50,773 nt of DNA from positions 1 through 50,773 of the forward strand of contig CATLIJ010000001.1 in the NCBI GenBank assembly GCA_949948825.1, in the 5' to 3' direction. The notes under the pieces are model-generated. The model did no database searches, was not told the origin of the DNA, and saw only the letters and a list, made by a program, of their open reading frames with translations. A program made the position numbers and the translations under genes. This DNA comes from an uncultured Clostridiaceae bacterium. Its GTDB lineage: Bacteria; Bacillota; Clostridia; Lachnospirales; Lachnospiraceae. The first letter of the stretch is position 1. Each line of letters begins with the position of its first letter. Below, piece after piece: positions 30,187-40,295 of this stretch.

Positions 30187-30531
30187 ATGAGTCCCAGTAT
30201 TCATTTTGAGGCAAGGCTCCTGGCGCTGGGTATTTTGGCGGGGGCCGGATTGATGGCGCTGTATGATATTCTTCGGGTATTCCGGATGCTGCTTCGTCAT
30301 AATTGGTTTTGGGTGGGGATTGAGGATTTGGGGTACTGGATTTTCGCCGGATTTGCGGTGTTTTACCTGTTGTACCGGGAAAATGACGGTGCATTGCGGC
30401 TGTATGTAATTGGCACCATATGGGTGGTTATGATCCTTTATGACCGCTTCTGCAGTTCATTTTTTCGAAAAGTGTTGAAAAAGATGGGAAGATGCTTTAA
30501 AATAGGCTTAACCAAAAGAAACCGAAGATGA
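30187..30531 (+). CDS. yabQ: Spore cortex protein YabQ
   Basis: YDILR.FR, EDLGYW and G.LR.Y motifs; synteny. Confidence 0.88.
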   Translation: MSPSIHFEARLLALGILAGAGLMALYDILRVFRMLLRHNWFWVGIEDLGYWIFAGFAVFYLLYRENDGALRLYVIGTIWVVMILYDRFCSSFFRKVLKKMGRCFKIGLTKRNRR

Positions 30532-30565
30532 ATGAGAGATGGCAGGAACTGGAGCGGGTGAGCTT

Positions 30566-30901
30566 ATGGGTAGAAATAATGTCACTGGAAGAAATACGAA
30601 AAAGCGAAGGAACGACCGTTTAGGCAATCGGATGGCGATTGTTGGAATTACATTGGTAGTGTTTAGTTTGGGCGTGGTGGTGAATTTCAAGAGTACTTCC
30701 ATGAAAAAGAAGGACCAGGAATACCAGGCGCGGGAGGCGCTTTTACAGCAGCAGTATGACCGGGAGGTCAGCCGGTCGGATGAACTGAAGGAATATCAGG
30801 TGTATGTACAGACAAAGCAATACATAGAAGAGGTGGCAAAGCAGAAGCTGGGGCTGGTAAAGCCAGACGAGATTTTACTGAAACCGTCAGACGGCAGCTG
30901 A
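30566..30901 (+). CDS. divIC: Septum formation initiator DivIC/FtsB
   Basis: TM plus coiled coil, YIEEVAKQKLGLVKPDE; synteny. Confidence 0.88.
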   Translation: MGRNNVTGRNTKKRRNDRLGNRMAIVGITLVVFSLGVVVNFKSTSMKKKDQEYQAREALLQQQYDREVSRSDELKEYQVYVQTKQYIEEVAKQKLGLVKPDEILLKPSDGS

Positions 30902-30966
30902 AGCAGTGGCCGAAATGCTTCAGTCCGGATCATTACATCAATTAAGGGTAATTAGAAAGTTTACGA

Positions 30967-30995
30967 GAATACAATCCTCTCCTGACGCATATAAT
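30967..30995 (+). promoter_or_regulatory. Sigma-E-like promoter before the spoIIE-like gene
   Basis: gaATA-16 bp-CATATAAT, same geometry as the yabP promoter. Confidence 0.45.
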
Positions 30996-31016
30996 GTGGT
31001 TTAGGAGGGGATTTTT

Positions 31017-32423
31017 GTGTGGAGACGATCAAAACGCCGGGATATGGCGGATGTGAATGTATATACGGCCAGCCGTTTGGTGGATATGGCCCGGTCCCTG
31101 GGAGTCCTTGCCAGATCCTGCCAGGATGAGCTGGACGAGAACCGGGGCCTTACCAGGGAGGATGCCCTGGCAGCAATGCAGATGTCAGCAGCCATGGTGT
31201 GCGGGGGCTGCAGCCGCTGCAATCTTTACAGTGACAGCGGAAAAGAAGACAGCTATTATTTGTATTATCTTCTCAGGGCCTTTGAGCAAAAGGGCCAGGT
31301 GGAGTTTGAGGACATGCCCAGGTTCTTTCTGGAGACCTGCCGCAGGCGGGAGGATTATTTGTCTCAGCTAAACCGTAATCTGGGACGGGCTACCATGAAT
31401 CTGGAATGGAAGAACCGTTTTCTGGAAAGCAGGGACACTGTGATGGTTCAGTTTCGGGAGCTGGCCTCCATATTGGAGGAGTTTGCCCATCAGATGGAGC
31501 AGGCGTCAGACATTACCGGAGTAAAAGGGGAAGCTGTAAAGAGAACATTTAAACAGCATCATATGATGGTGGAGAATCTGCTGCTTTTGGAGCATGAGAA
31601 CCGGCAGCGGGAGGCATATCTCACGGTGCGGACTACCAATGGAAAATGTGTGACTGCACGGGAGGCAGCGGAAATCTTAGGGAGCGCCATGGGAAATAAG
31701 GGATGGTATGCCCCAAAAGACACCCGGACTCTGGTGACAAGGCAGACAGCTACCATTCATTTTGTGGAGGCAGGCAGATACCGGATGATGTACGGAGCTG
31801 CACGTCTGCCCCGGGAAGGGGAAGAATTTTCCGGAGATAATTTTACTTATTCAGAGGAGGCTCCAGGGCAGGTGATTATGAGCATCTCTGATGGAATGGG
31901 AAGCGGAGAGCAGGCATGTCAGGAGAGCCAGCGGGTGGTGGAGCTGGCCGGACAGCTGCTGGAGACCGGATTTTCAGCCAGAGCTGCCCTGAAAATGGTA
32001 AATACAGTGCTTATGCTCACAGGAGCAGAGCAGCACCCGGCCACCATTGATTTGTGCTGTGTGGATTTGCACACAGGAGTCCTGGAAGCTATGAAGCTTG
32101 GCGCAGTTGCCACGTTTATCCTGGGCGGAAACGGGGTGGAGATACTGGAGGCCGGAGAAGTGCCTGCAGGGGTGCTGGGAGATGTGGAGCCAGTGCTGCT
32201 GTCCCGAAAGCTTTGGGACGGAGACCGGGTGATCATGGTGACAGACGGGGTGCTGGAGGCTTGTCCAGGCACAGACAAGGAGGCCAGCCTGCGGGAATTT
32301 ATTGAGAGTATGGAAGTACATAGCGTGCAGGAGATGGCAGATGACATTCTCCAGTTCGCCTGTCAGGAGGAGCTGCCAAGAGATGATATGATGGTGCTGG
32401 TGGGCGGAATGTGGAGAAGGTGA
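31017..32423 (+). CDS. spoIIE: SpoIIE-like PP2C phosphatase lacking the N-terminal membrane domain
   Basis: SGDNF, ISDGMGSG, ATIDL, MVTDGV and DDM PP2C motifs; CxxCxxC central motif; divIC-tilS synteny. Confidence 0.8.
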   Translation: MWRRSKRRDMADVNVYTASRLVDMARSLGVLARSCQDELDENRGLTREDALAAMQMSAAMVCGGCSRCNLYSDSGKEDSYYLYYLLRAFEQKGQVEFEDMPRFFLETCRRREDYLSQLNRNLGRATMNLEWKNRFLESRDTVMVQFRELASILEEFAHQMEQASDITGVKGEAVKRTFKQHHMMVENLLLLEHENRQREAYLTVRTTNGKCVTAREAAEILGSAMGNKGWYAPKDTRTLVTRQTATIHFVEAGRYRMMYGAARLPREGEEFSGDNFTYSEEAPGQVIMSISDGMGSGEQACQESQRVVELAGQLLETGFSARAALKMVNTVLMLTGAEQHPATIDLCCVDLHTGVLEAMKLGAVATFILGGNGVEILEAGEVPAGVLGDVEPVLLSRKLWDGDRVIMVTDGVLEACPGTDKEASLREFIESMEVHSVQEMADDILQFACQEELPRDDMMVLVGGMWRR

Positions 32424-32694
32424 TGCTTTTTGCCCGTTAAAGACAGGCAGGAAGCTGCCCCGTCTGAATTGCTGGGATTTTACAGTTCAGACGGCAGGAA
32501 GTCTGCCTGGGGAGGGACAGGCATCCCTGTCCCTCCCCGGGCTGTATTACCAGCAAAGCAGAATATAGGATTCTTTCCGAAATTTTTCTATTCTTTTTCT
32601 GAATTTATATCAATACCCCAATCGCACATAACCCTTGCAATCCCCCCTTTTCAATGCTATAGTAATCAAAAAGAAACCGACCGGAGGCAAATTT

Positions 32695-34209
32695 ATGTGG
32701 AACAAAGTATGGTCTTTTGTGGAAAAGCAAAATATGCTTCAGCAGGGGGACCGGGTGGTGGCGGCTGTTTCCGGAGGAGCGGATTCTGTCTGTCTGCTGT
32801 CTGTGCTGGCAGAAAATCCCCTGGATTTAAAACTCAGGGCAGTTCATGTCCATCACGGCCTTCGGGGGGAGGAAGCGGACCGGGATGCGGAGTTTGTCCG
32901 GACCTTGTGTGAACAATGGGGGATTCCTTTTAAGCTGGTGTACCGGAATGTGGCTGAATATGGAAAGGAAAACGGCCTTTCTGTGGAGGAGGCAGGGCGC
33001 ATGGTCCGTTATGAGGCCCTGGAGGAGGCTGCAGGAGAGTGGCAGGAGGAGGCTGGAGGCATTGATGCGGAGAGAGGGAGGGTGTGGATTGCGGTGGCTC
33101 ATCATCAGGATGACAATGCGGAGACAATCCTGCATCATTTGCTGCGGGGCAGCGGACTTCGCGGGCTGTCTGGCATGAGGGCTGTGCAGGGCAGCAGGAT
33201 TCGCCCTCTTTTGTGTGTGCGGCATCAGGAGATTTTGGATTATCTGGCAGAAAAGGGTCTGGACTGGTGTGAAGATTCTACGAACCAGTCGGAGCATTAC
33301 ACCCGCAACCGGGTCCGCAATCAGTTGATTCCGTATATGACAGAACACATGAATCATCATGCAGTGGAGAATATCCTTCATGCAGGGGAGATTTTTGCCA
33401 GGGCAGACCAGTATCTGGAGAGGCAGGCGGAGCTGGCGTGGGACAGGTATGGATGGGAGGAGAGAAAAGAAGCGCCCCGGGCCGGGATTGACCTGAGGGG
33501 ATTTTTGGAGCAGGAGCCGATTATCCGGGATTATCTGGTGCGCAGGATGTTTGCAGCTACAGCTTCCGGGCAAAAGGATCTTACGGCAAGGCATGTGAGC
33601 CAGATGGAACGTCTGGCAGAAGGCAGCCCAGGAGGGCGGTGTGATTTGCCGGGGAACCGGCAGGGAGTTCGGACGTATGACAGCCTGTATGTGGAACAGA
33701 ATTGCAGAAAGGGCGTAAAAGCAGGCTCAAAGGCGGAGGAGAGAAGTGGGAGAAGGAGAGAAATATGCCATGAAATTTGTCCTCCTGCTCCTGGAAATGA
33801 GGTATTACAGGTGGGAGAAATGGGATTTCGGGCTTTTTTTCGAGAGAAAGACATAGAAATTCCGAAAAAAGAGTATACGAAATGGTTTGATTATGATAAA
33901 ATAAAAGATACGCTATGTATTCGGTACCGGTTGGCAGGAGATTATCTTGTTTTGTCCGGAGGCGGCCGCAAAACTTTGAGAAGATTTCTGATTGACGAGA
34001 AGGTTCCCAGGGAGCTGCGGGATCAGATTGTGGTGCTGGCAGAGGGAAATCGGGTTCTGTGGGTAGTCGGATACCGAATCAGTGAATATTATAAAATCAG
34101 AGAAGATACACATACAATACTTCAGGTGGATTTTTACGGAGGAAAAGCATATGGCGGAAAAGATTCGGGTATTATTGTCAGAAGAGGAAGTGGACCAGAG
34201 AATCTGTGA
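32695..34209 (+). CDS. tilS: tRNA(Ile)-lysidine synthetase
   Basis: AVSGGADS, AHHQDDNAET, IRPLL and RNRVR motifs. Confidence 0.95.
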   Translation: MWNKVWSFVEKQNMLQQGDRVVAAVSGGADSVCLLSVLAENPLDLKLRAVHVHHGLRGEEADRDAEFVRTLCEQWGIPFKLVYRNVAEYGKENGLSVEEAGRMVRYEALEEAAGEWQEEAGGIDAERGRVWIAVAHHQDDNAETILHHLLRGSGLRGLSGMRAVQGSRIRPLLCVRHQEILDYLAEKGLDWCEDSTNQSEHYTRNRVRNQLIPYMTEHMNHHAVENILHAGEIFARADQYLERQAELAWDRYGWEERKEAPRAGIDLRGFLEQEPIIRDYLVRRMFAATASGQKDLTARHVSQMERLAEGSPGGRCDLPGNRQGVRTYDSLYVEQNCRKGVKAGSKAEERSGRRREICHEICPPAPGNEVLQVGEMGFRAFFREKDIEIPKKEYTKWFDYDKIKDTLCIRYRLAGDYLVLSGGGRKTLRRFLIDEKVPRELRDQIVVLAEGNRVLWVVGYRISEYYKIREDTHTILQVDFYGGKAYGGKDSGIIVRRGSGPENL

Positions 34210-34675
34210 GGTTGCTGCACAGATCAGCAGGGATTATGAGGGAAAAGCGGTTCATATGATCTGCATTCTCAAAGGCGGCGTGTTTTTTACCTGTGAGCTG
34301 GCAAAGAGGCTGACAGTGCCAGTCAGTCTGGATTTTATGTCTGTGTCCAGCTATGGGGCAGACACCAAGTCCAGCGGAGTGGTCCGTATTGTGAAGGATT
34401 TGGATGAGCCGCTTAAGGGCAGAGATGTACTTATTGTGGAGGATATCATAGATTCTGGCCGGACTCTTTCTTATCTCATCCAGGTGCTCAATCAGCGGGA
34501 GCCAGCCAGCATCCGGCTGTGTACTCTTTTGGATAAGCCGGAACGGCGGGTGAAAAAGCAGGTGAAGGTAGATTATACCTGTTTTACCATTCCAGATGAA
34601 TTTGTGGTGGGTTATGGACTGGATTATGCGCAAAAGTACCGGAATTTGCCGTATATTGGAGTAGTGGAATTTTAA
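34151..34675 (+). CDS. hpt: Hypoxanthine phosphoribosyltransferase
   Basis: LIVEDIIDSGRTL and FVVGYGLDY motifs. Confidence 0.96.
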   Translation: MAEKIRVLLSEEEVDQRICEVAAQISRDYEGKAVHMICILKGGVFFTCELAKRLTVPVSLDFMSVSSYGADTKSSGVVRIVKDLDEPLKGRDVLIVEDIIDSGRTLSYLIQVLNQREPASIRLCTLLDKPERRVKKQVKVDYTCFTIPDEFVVGYGLDYAQKYRNLPYIGVVEF

Positions 34676-34756
34676 ATGCGCCTGTAGGCATTTTGTGGGA
34701 GCGTGTATCAAATTACTGCCTTAAGGAAGAGGCAGTTGGTGAGGAGGCAACTTTCA

Positions 34757-36565
34757 GTGAGACAACAGACTTTTAGAGGAACCGGGATTCTGCTTTTGGC
34801 GCTGGTTCTGGTGACTGTGCTCTGGTTTGCACAGGCTCTTCAGGACAGCAGCCAGCAGCGTTTGACCAATCAGGAATTTCTGAGTATTCTGGATAGTGCA
34901 GAAGTCAGTGGAGTCACAATCCGCCAGAATGAACAGGCGCCCACAGGCGAGGTGGTGTTTCTTATTGGCAATCAGGAATTTAGCGCCTATGTGTCAGATG
35001 TCAATGAGGCAGGGAAGCTTCTGGAGCAGCGGAACATAGATTATCTGGTGGACAATGTTCCCCAAAGCAATTACTGGCTTGGTGTGATTCTGCCGGTTGG
35101 AATCTCTGTGCTTTTGGCTATTGTGCTGATATTTATGATGAATATGCGTGCAAGCGCCGGAGGCGGGGCCAATTCCCGGATGATGAATTTTGGAAAAAGC
35201 CGCGCCCGGATGACTCACAGCAGCCGAGTGAATTTTAAGAGTGTGGCAGGGCTGAAGGAGGAAAAGGAAGACCTGGAGGAGATGGTGGACTTCTTAAGAA
35301 ATCCGCAGAAATATACCAGTGTGGGCGCCCGGATTCCCAAAGGGGTGATTCTGGTGGGACCGCCAGGAACCGGTAAAACCATGCTGGCAAAGGCTGTGGC
35401 AGGAGAGGCAGGAGTTCCCTTTTTCAGCATTTCCGGTTCGGATTTTGTGGAAATGTTCGTGGGTGTGGGCGCGTCGCGGGTAAGAGATTTGTTTGAGGAT
35501 GCCAAGAAGAACGCTCCCTGCATCGTGTTTATCGACGAGATTGACGCAGTGGCCAGACGGCGGGGAACCGGAATGGGCGGCGGACACGACGAGAGGGAGC
35601 AGACCTTAAATCAGCTTTTGGTAGAGATGGACGGATTTGGCGTCAACGAAGGAATCATTGTCATGGCAGCCACCAACCGGGTGGATATTCTGGACCCGGC
35701 AATTCTGCGTCCCGGACGGTTTGACCGGAAGGTGGCAGTGGGCCGGCCGGATGTAAAGGGACGCGAGGAGATTTTAAAGGTTCATTCTCAGCAAAAGCCG
35801 CTGGCAGATGATGTGGATTTAGGGCGGGTGGCCCGGACTACCTCTGGCTTTACTGGTGCGGATCTGGAAAACCTGATGAATGAGGCTGCCATTAATGCGG
35901 CAAAGAACAACCGGTCCTATATTCTTCAGGCAGATATTGAGCGTTCTTTTGTAAAGGTAGGCATTGGAACAGAGAAGAAAAGCCGGGTGATCTCAGAAAA
36001 GGAAAAGCGGATCACTGCTTATCATGAAGCAGGACACGCGATTCTTTTCCATGTGCTTCCGGACATGGGGCCTGTGCATACTGTCTCGATCATTCCTACT
36101 GGGATCGGCGCAGCAGGCTACACCATGCCTCTGCCAACAGAAGATGAGATGTTCAGTACAAAAGGGAAGATGCTGCAGGATATTATGGTTTCATTAGGCG
36201 GACGGATAGCAGAGGAGATTGTTTTTGAGGACGTTACCACAGGCGCCTCCCAGGATATTAAACATGCCAGCAAGATTGCCCGGGCCATGGTGACTAAGTT
36301 TGGAATGTCAGAGATGGTTGGCATGATTGATTATGGCAGTGATGAGGATGAAGTGTTTATTGGCCGGGATCTGGCCCATGCCCGCAGTTATGGAGAAGAG
36401 GTTGCAGGGGTCATTGACACAGAGGTAAAGAGAATTATTGACGAATGCTATCAGAAAGCAAAAAATATTATTTTACAGCACAAGGGTGTGCTGGATCGGT
36501 GCTGTGAACTGCTGGTGGAAAAGGAGAAGATTGGACAGCAGGAGTTTGAGGAATTATTCACATGA
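34757..36565 (+). CDS. ftsH: ATP-dependent zinc metalloprotease FtsH
   Basis: Two TMs; GPPGTGKT; FIDEID; RPGRFDR; HEAGH; GTG start after GGAGG. Confidence 0.97.
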   Translation: MRQQTFRGTGILLLALVLVTVLWFAQALQDSSQQRLTNQEFLSILDSAEVSGVTIRQNEQAPTGEVVFLIGNQEFSAYVSDVNEAGKLLEQRNIDYLVDNVPQSNYWLGVILPVGISVLLAIVLIFMMNMRASAGGGANSRMMNFGKSRARMTHSSRVNFKSVAGLKEEKEDLEEMVDFLRNPQKYTSVGARIPKGVILVGPPGTGKTMLAKAVAGEAGVPFFSISGSDFVEMFVGVGASRVRDLFEDAKKNAPCIVFIDEIDAVARRRGTGMGGGHDEREQTLNQLLVEMDGFGVNEGIIVMAATNRVDILDPAILRPGRFDRKVAVGRPDVKGREEILKVHSQQKPLADDVDLGRVARTTSGFTGADLENLMNEAAINAAKNNRSYILQADIERSFVKVGIGTEKKSRVISEKEKRITAYHEAGHAILFHVLPDMGPVHTVSIIPTGIGAAGYTMPLPTEDEMFSTKGKMLQDIMVSLGGRIAEEIVFEDVTTGASQDIKHASKIARAMVTKFGMSEMVGMIDYGSDEDEVFIGRDLAHARSYGEEVAGVIDTEVKRIIDECYQKAKNIILQHKGVLDRCCELLVEKEKIGQQEFEELFT

Positions 36566-36690
36566 CTTGAGCTGCAGCTTCAGGGTTAGGAGAATATGAT
36601 GTGTGAACTGTTACAAGTGCATAAAAATAGGTTAAAAATTTATCTATGTTTGTGCAGACTTATTTCCTGGTTTATGCTATTATAATAGAC

Positions 36691-36788
36691 GTAACCCCCC
36701 AATACATTATATAGTTTTTGCTACACCCCATAAGAAACGAAATACCTTCTCCTGAAAGAGCAGACTACCCCGTCGGCTCTTTCACTTT
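36691..36788 (+). ncRNA. Candidate C-rich small RNA
   Basis: TGCTATTATAAT -10 at 36675-36686; no ORF; CCCC/CCUUCUCC motifs; closing stem GAAAGAGC/GCTCTTTC. Confidence 0.5.
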
Positions 36789-36799
36789 GCAAAAAATGT

Positions 36800-36950
36800 G
36801 TTACTGTTCGCAGGGCGGGGAATCTGGCATGAATTTGGCGTCAAGCTGGCTTGAAAGCCCAAATTCATGCCAGATTCCCCATTGGGCGAACGTCTGATGC
36901 TTCTTGTCCGTCGAAGACGGGCAAGAAGATGCCTCCCCTGTGAACAGAAC
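36800..36950. repeat. ~150-bp palindromic repeat (REP/MITE-like), copy 1
   Basis: Ends GTTACTGTTCGCAGGG...CCCTGTGAACAGAAC; 22-bp stem GGGGAATCTGGCATGAATTTGG/CCAAATTCATGCCAGATTCCCC; inverted homolog at 39177-39329. Confidence 0.85.
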
Positions 36951-37065
36951 GAAAGTGCAACAGTTTTCTGCAAAAAACAAAGAAACTGGTTGTATATTGG
37001 AAGATAATCAGATAAAATAGAAGTGGAACTGGGAATAGTATAGACGAGAGGATATTATTTGGATT

Positions 37066-39129
37066 ATGGACGAACATTGTATAGGACTGAACCGGCAGGC
37101 ATTATTTGCAGATGAGACATCGGATTTTCGGAAACCGGAGGAGCCAGATACAGGCGACCGGACTGTGCTGCGTTTCCGGACAGCCAGAGACGGCGCAGAC
37201 ATGGTTTATTATGTTGAGGAGGAAAAGGGGCTGCAGGCCCGGATGATCAAAGTATCTTCTGACGGGGTGTTTGACTATTATGAATATGTGGTTGTGATAG
37301 GGGAAAAGCCGCGGCTCTATTATTTTAAGATAAAAAAAGGCGAGGAGATCTGTTATTATAACCGGCTGGGTGTTGTGACAGAGCAGCCAGAGAAGCATAT
37401 GTTCCGTATTACCCCTGGGTTTCATACACCTGATTGGGCCAAGGGTGCTGTTATGTATCAGATATTTGTGGACCGTTTTTGCCGGGGCAGTTCGGACAAT
37501 GACGTCTGTTCCAGAGAATATGTGTATATTGGACATCCGGTGGTGCGGGTGGAGGATTGGGATCAGCTTCCATCTGCCATGGATGTGAGATGCTTTTATG
37601 GAGGAGACCTTCAGGGTGTGTGGGACAAGCTTGATTATCTGCAGCATTTGGGTGTGGAAGTCATTTACTTTAATCCTTTGTTTGTATCTCCTTCTAACCA
37701 CAAGTATGATACACAGGATTATGACCATATTGATCCTCATTTTGGAGTGATTGTTAAAGACGGAGGAGAGCTGGTGGCTGAGGAGGCCAGTGATAATGAA
37801 CATGCCACCCGTTATCAGATCCGGGTGGCTTCTCCGGAGAATCTGGAAGCCAGCGATGAGTTTTTTGCCCGGTTTATGGAGGAGATTCACCGAAGAGGCA
37901 TGAAGGTGATCATTGACGGTGTGTTCAATCACTGCGGCTCCTTTAACAAATGGCTGGATCGGGAGCTGATTTATGCCCGTCAGGGAAAGTATGAGCCAGG
38001 AGCTTATGAGTCAGAGGAAAGTCCTTACCGGAGCTTTTTCAAGTTTTATCAGGAGGATCAGTGGCCTTACAACAGCAGCTATGACGGATGGTGGGGACAT
38101 GATACTTTGCCAAAGCTGAATTATGATTCGGATGAATTATATGAATATATTTTGCAGATTGCCCGCAAATGGGTGTCACCGCCATATTCGGTGGATGGAT
38201 GGCGTTTGGATGTGGCAGCAGATTTAGGAAATACCAGCCAGACCAATCATAGATTCTGGCATGATTTCCGCAAACAGGTGAAGGAAGCCAATCCGGAGGC
38301 AATTATTTTGGCGGAGCATTATGGAGACCCGCGCAGCTGGCTGGAGGGCGACCAGTGGGACACTGTTATGAACTATGATGCTTTTATGGAACCCGTCACC
38401 TGGTTTTTGACTGGCATGGAAAAGCACAGTGATGAATATAATAGCGGTCTCTATGGAGACGGCGGAGCATTTTTTCAAATCATGCGTTATAATATGAGCA
38501 ATATGCAGACTCCATCTCTGCTGGTGGCCATGAATCAGCTGTCCAATCACGATCACAGCCGCTTTCTCACCAGAACCAATCAGCAGGTAGGCAGAACTGG
38601 CACTGTGGGACCAGAGAAGGCAAGCCAGGGCGTGAAGCCTGCGGTCATGCGGGAGGCAGTGATGATTCAGATGACCTGGCCGGGAGCGCCTACCTTGTAT
38701 TATGGAGATGAGGCCGGAGTGTGCGGATGGACAGACCCGGACAGCAGAAGAACCTATCCCTGGGGACATGAGGATTTTGAACTGATGGATTTCCACCGGT
38801 ATATGATTACCATTCACAAGAATCTGCCAGCCCTGCGTCGAGGTTCCATAAAGCAGCTGGCAGCTGACCGGCACCTGATTGCTTATGGGCGGATGCATGG
38901 CTCCAATAAATGTGTGGTGGCTGTAAATAATGCTGATTATGAGCGCCAGCTGGAACTTCCTGTATGGGAAATCGGGGTTGTGGGCCATCCGGTTATGAGA
39001 CGGCTTATGCTTACTTATGCAGATGGATACAATGCCGGGATAAAGGAGTATGAGGTGAAGGAGGGAAAGGTGGAGGTGAGTCTGCCGCCATATTCCGGAA
39101 TTTTGCTTTCTGTGGGAGAGAAGAGGTAA
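37066..39129 (+). CDS. GH13 neopullulanase/cyclomaltodextrinase-type glycosidase
   Basis: YQIFVDRF, DGVFNH, DGWRLDVA, AEH, SNHD and YYGDE motifs; full catalytic triad. Confidence 0.92.
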   Translation: MDEHCIGLNRQALFADETSDFRKPEEPDTGDRTVLRFRTARDGADMVYYVEEEKGLQARMIKVSSDGVFDYYEYVVVIGEKPRLYYFKIKKGEEICYYNRLGVVTEQPEKHMFRITPGFHTPDWAKGAVMYQIFVDRFCRGSSDNDVCSREYVYIGHPVVRVEDWDQLPSAMDVRCFYGGDLQGVWDKLDYLQHLGVEVIYFNPLFVSPSNHKYDTQDYDHIDPHFGVIVKDGGELVAEEASDNEHATRYQIRVASPENLEASDEFFARFMEEIHRRGMKVIIDGVFNHCGSFNKWLDRELIYARQGKYEPGAYESEESPYRSFFKFYQEDQWPYNSSYDGWWGHDTLPKLNYDSDELYEYILQIARKWVSPPYSVDGWRLDVAADLGNTSQTNHRFWHDFRKQVKEANPEAIILAEHYGDPRSWLEGDQWDTVMNYDAFMEPVTWFLTGMEKHSDEYNSGLYGDGGAFFQIMRYNMSNMQTPSLLVAMNQLSNHDHSRFLTRTNQQVGRTGTVGPEKASQGVKPAVMREAVMIQMTWPGAPTLYYGDEAGVCGWTDPDSRRTYPWGHEDFELMDFHRYMITIHKNLPALRRGSIKQLAADRHLIAYGRMHGSNKCVVAVNNADYERQLELPVWEIGVVGHPVMRRLMLTYADGYNAGIKEYEVKEGKVEVSLPPYSGILLSVGEKR

Positions 39130-39176
39130 GGAGTTTTCCTGTTTGACTATGCGGGGAAAAGGCTGGAGGAACCGTT

Positions 39177-39329
39177 GTTATTGCTTAAGGGAGGGATATT
39201 TTCTTGCCTGTGTTCCGCGGACAGGAAGCATTGGGTGTTGGCCTGATGGGGAATCTGGCATAAATTTGGACTTACAGGCAAGCTTGACGCCTAAATTTAT
39301 GCCAGATTCCCTGCCCTGTGAACTGTAAC
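39177..39329. repeat. ~150-bp palindromic repeat, copy 2 (inverted, more diverged)
   Basis: GGGAATCTGGCATAAATTT/AAATTTATGCCAGATTCCC stem; end CCCTGTGAACTGTAAC. Confidence 0.85.
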
Positions 39330-39407
39330 CAGGTGCTGCTCTTATTGCAGAAAATTTTAAAATTATGGTTGATATTTTTTCGTGTTTATAGTATAATGAG
39401 ACTGTTC

Positions 39408-39478
39408 GCAGATGTAGTTCATTGGTAGAATATCAGCTTCCCAAGCTGAGGAGGCGGGTTCGATTCCCGTCATCTGCT
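39408..39478 (+). tRNA. tRNA-Gly (anticodon CCC)
   Basis: Acceptor GCAGATG/CATCTGC; anticodon arm TCAGC-TTCCCAA-GCTGA; GGTTCGATTCC T arm; promoter TTGATA-17-TATAAT at 39369-39397. Confidence 0.97.
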
Positions 39479-39594
39479 TTTTTATTTGGCCTTGAAAATG
39501 CTGGGGTTCCCGCCAGAATCCAGTGTTTGTAAGGATTTTCGATAAACATATGTAGGCTACAAATATGCGAATCGATATACTAAATAGGTAAAAG

Positions 39595-39615
39595 TATCAC
39601 ACGATTTATCACACG
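39595..39615 (+). repeat. Putative integrase arm-type sites
   Basis: Direct repeat TATCACACG at 39595-39603 and 39607-39615 at the integrase 3' end. Confidence 0.55.
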
Positions 39616-40295
39616 GGATTATGTGCCATTTTTTGAAAATGTTCATTAATTTTTTTGTTTTGCCGCACGGTTTCAATATCAATCATATTTCTGTATACTG
39701 ATTTCATAATATTATCGCTTGCCCATCCTCCCTGCTGAAGAATATATTGATCTGGTATCCCTATTGCGTGCATAATGGATGCGGCATAATGTCGCAGATC
39801 GTGAAAACGGAAATGCGGAAGGTTCGCTTTTGTAATGGTTTTTTCTGGTAAAGTTACTTTAAGGCGCAAGTCTGGTGCAAACATTTCAACGGCAGCAGAC
39901 AGCAGCCCATAAAGGTTACGGACAGATTTAGGGGAAAGTTCTTTGGACACACTACTGATCCATACTTGTACATCTGTGCTGTTTAGCTCATCCAGCCATA
40001 TTCTACCGATTTCTTTCATTCGGCGTTCCTGCATTCCCATATATTCTCTTATCGTGCTGGGAGATAAAACCCCTTCCTTTGCCTCAATATAACGTGTTAC
40101 AGCCTCATACAGCGTGATTCTGGTAGGTTTCTTTTCCGCCTTCCCGGCTTTCCACTGTGCGGCCAGATATTTGGCCTCTTGCCGTGTGGGGGCTGTAAAT
40201 GATTTGTAATGCTTCTTTCCATCTACATCCGTGTAATCGTACACCTGAATCCGGATGTTGCCGGATGGCAGTTCATTCTTTTTCTTTTTTGGCAT
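39609..40295 (-). pseudogene. Tyrosine integrase with an in-frame internal deletion
   Basis: Arm-binding N-terminus, SAM-like core and FHDLRH...GGW...VY box II are present. Only 228 aa; box I (GxRxxE) is absent at the LPEKT|ITKANL join. Confidence 0.85.

Noticed and set aside
34151-34209. tilS-hpt overlap as a frameshift fusion
   Set aside because: hpt has its own GGAGG RBS and ATG; a simple extended overlap explains it.
36782-37077. Short ORFs 36782-36973, 36865-37077 and 39143-39328 with similar peptides (GESGxNL..QASLTP)
   Set aside because: The similarity comes from the DNA repeat they overlap; no RBS evidence.
36800-39329. Composite transposon carrying the GH13 gene
   Set aside because: Copies are diverged, no target duplication is visible, and the gene has host-like composition.
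39401-39411. ACTGTTCGCAG at the tRNA 5' end matching the repeat terminus
   Set aside because: Only 11 bp and partly constrained by the tRNA sequence; probably chance.
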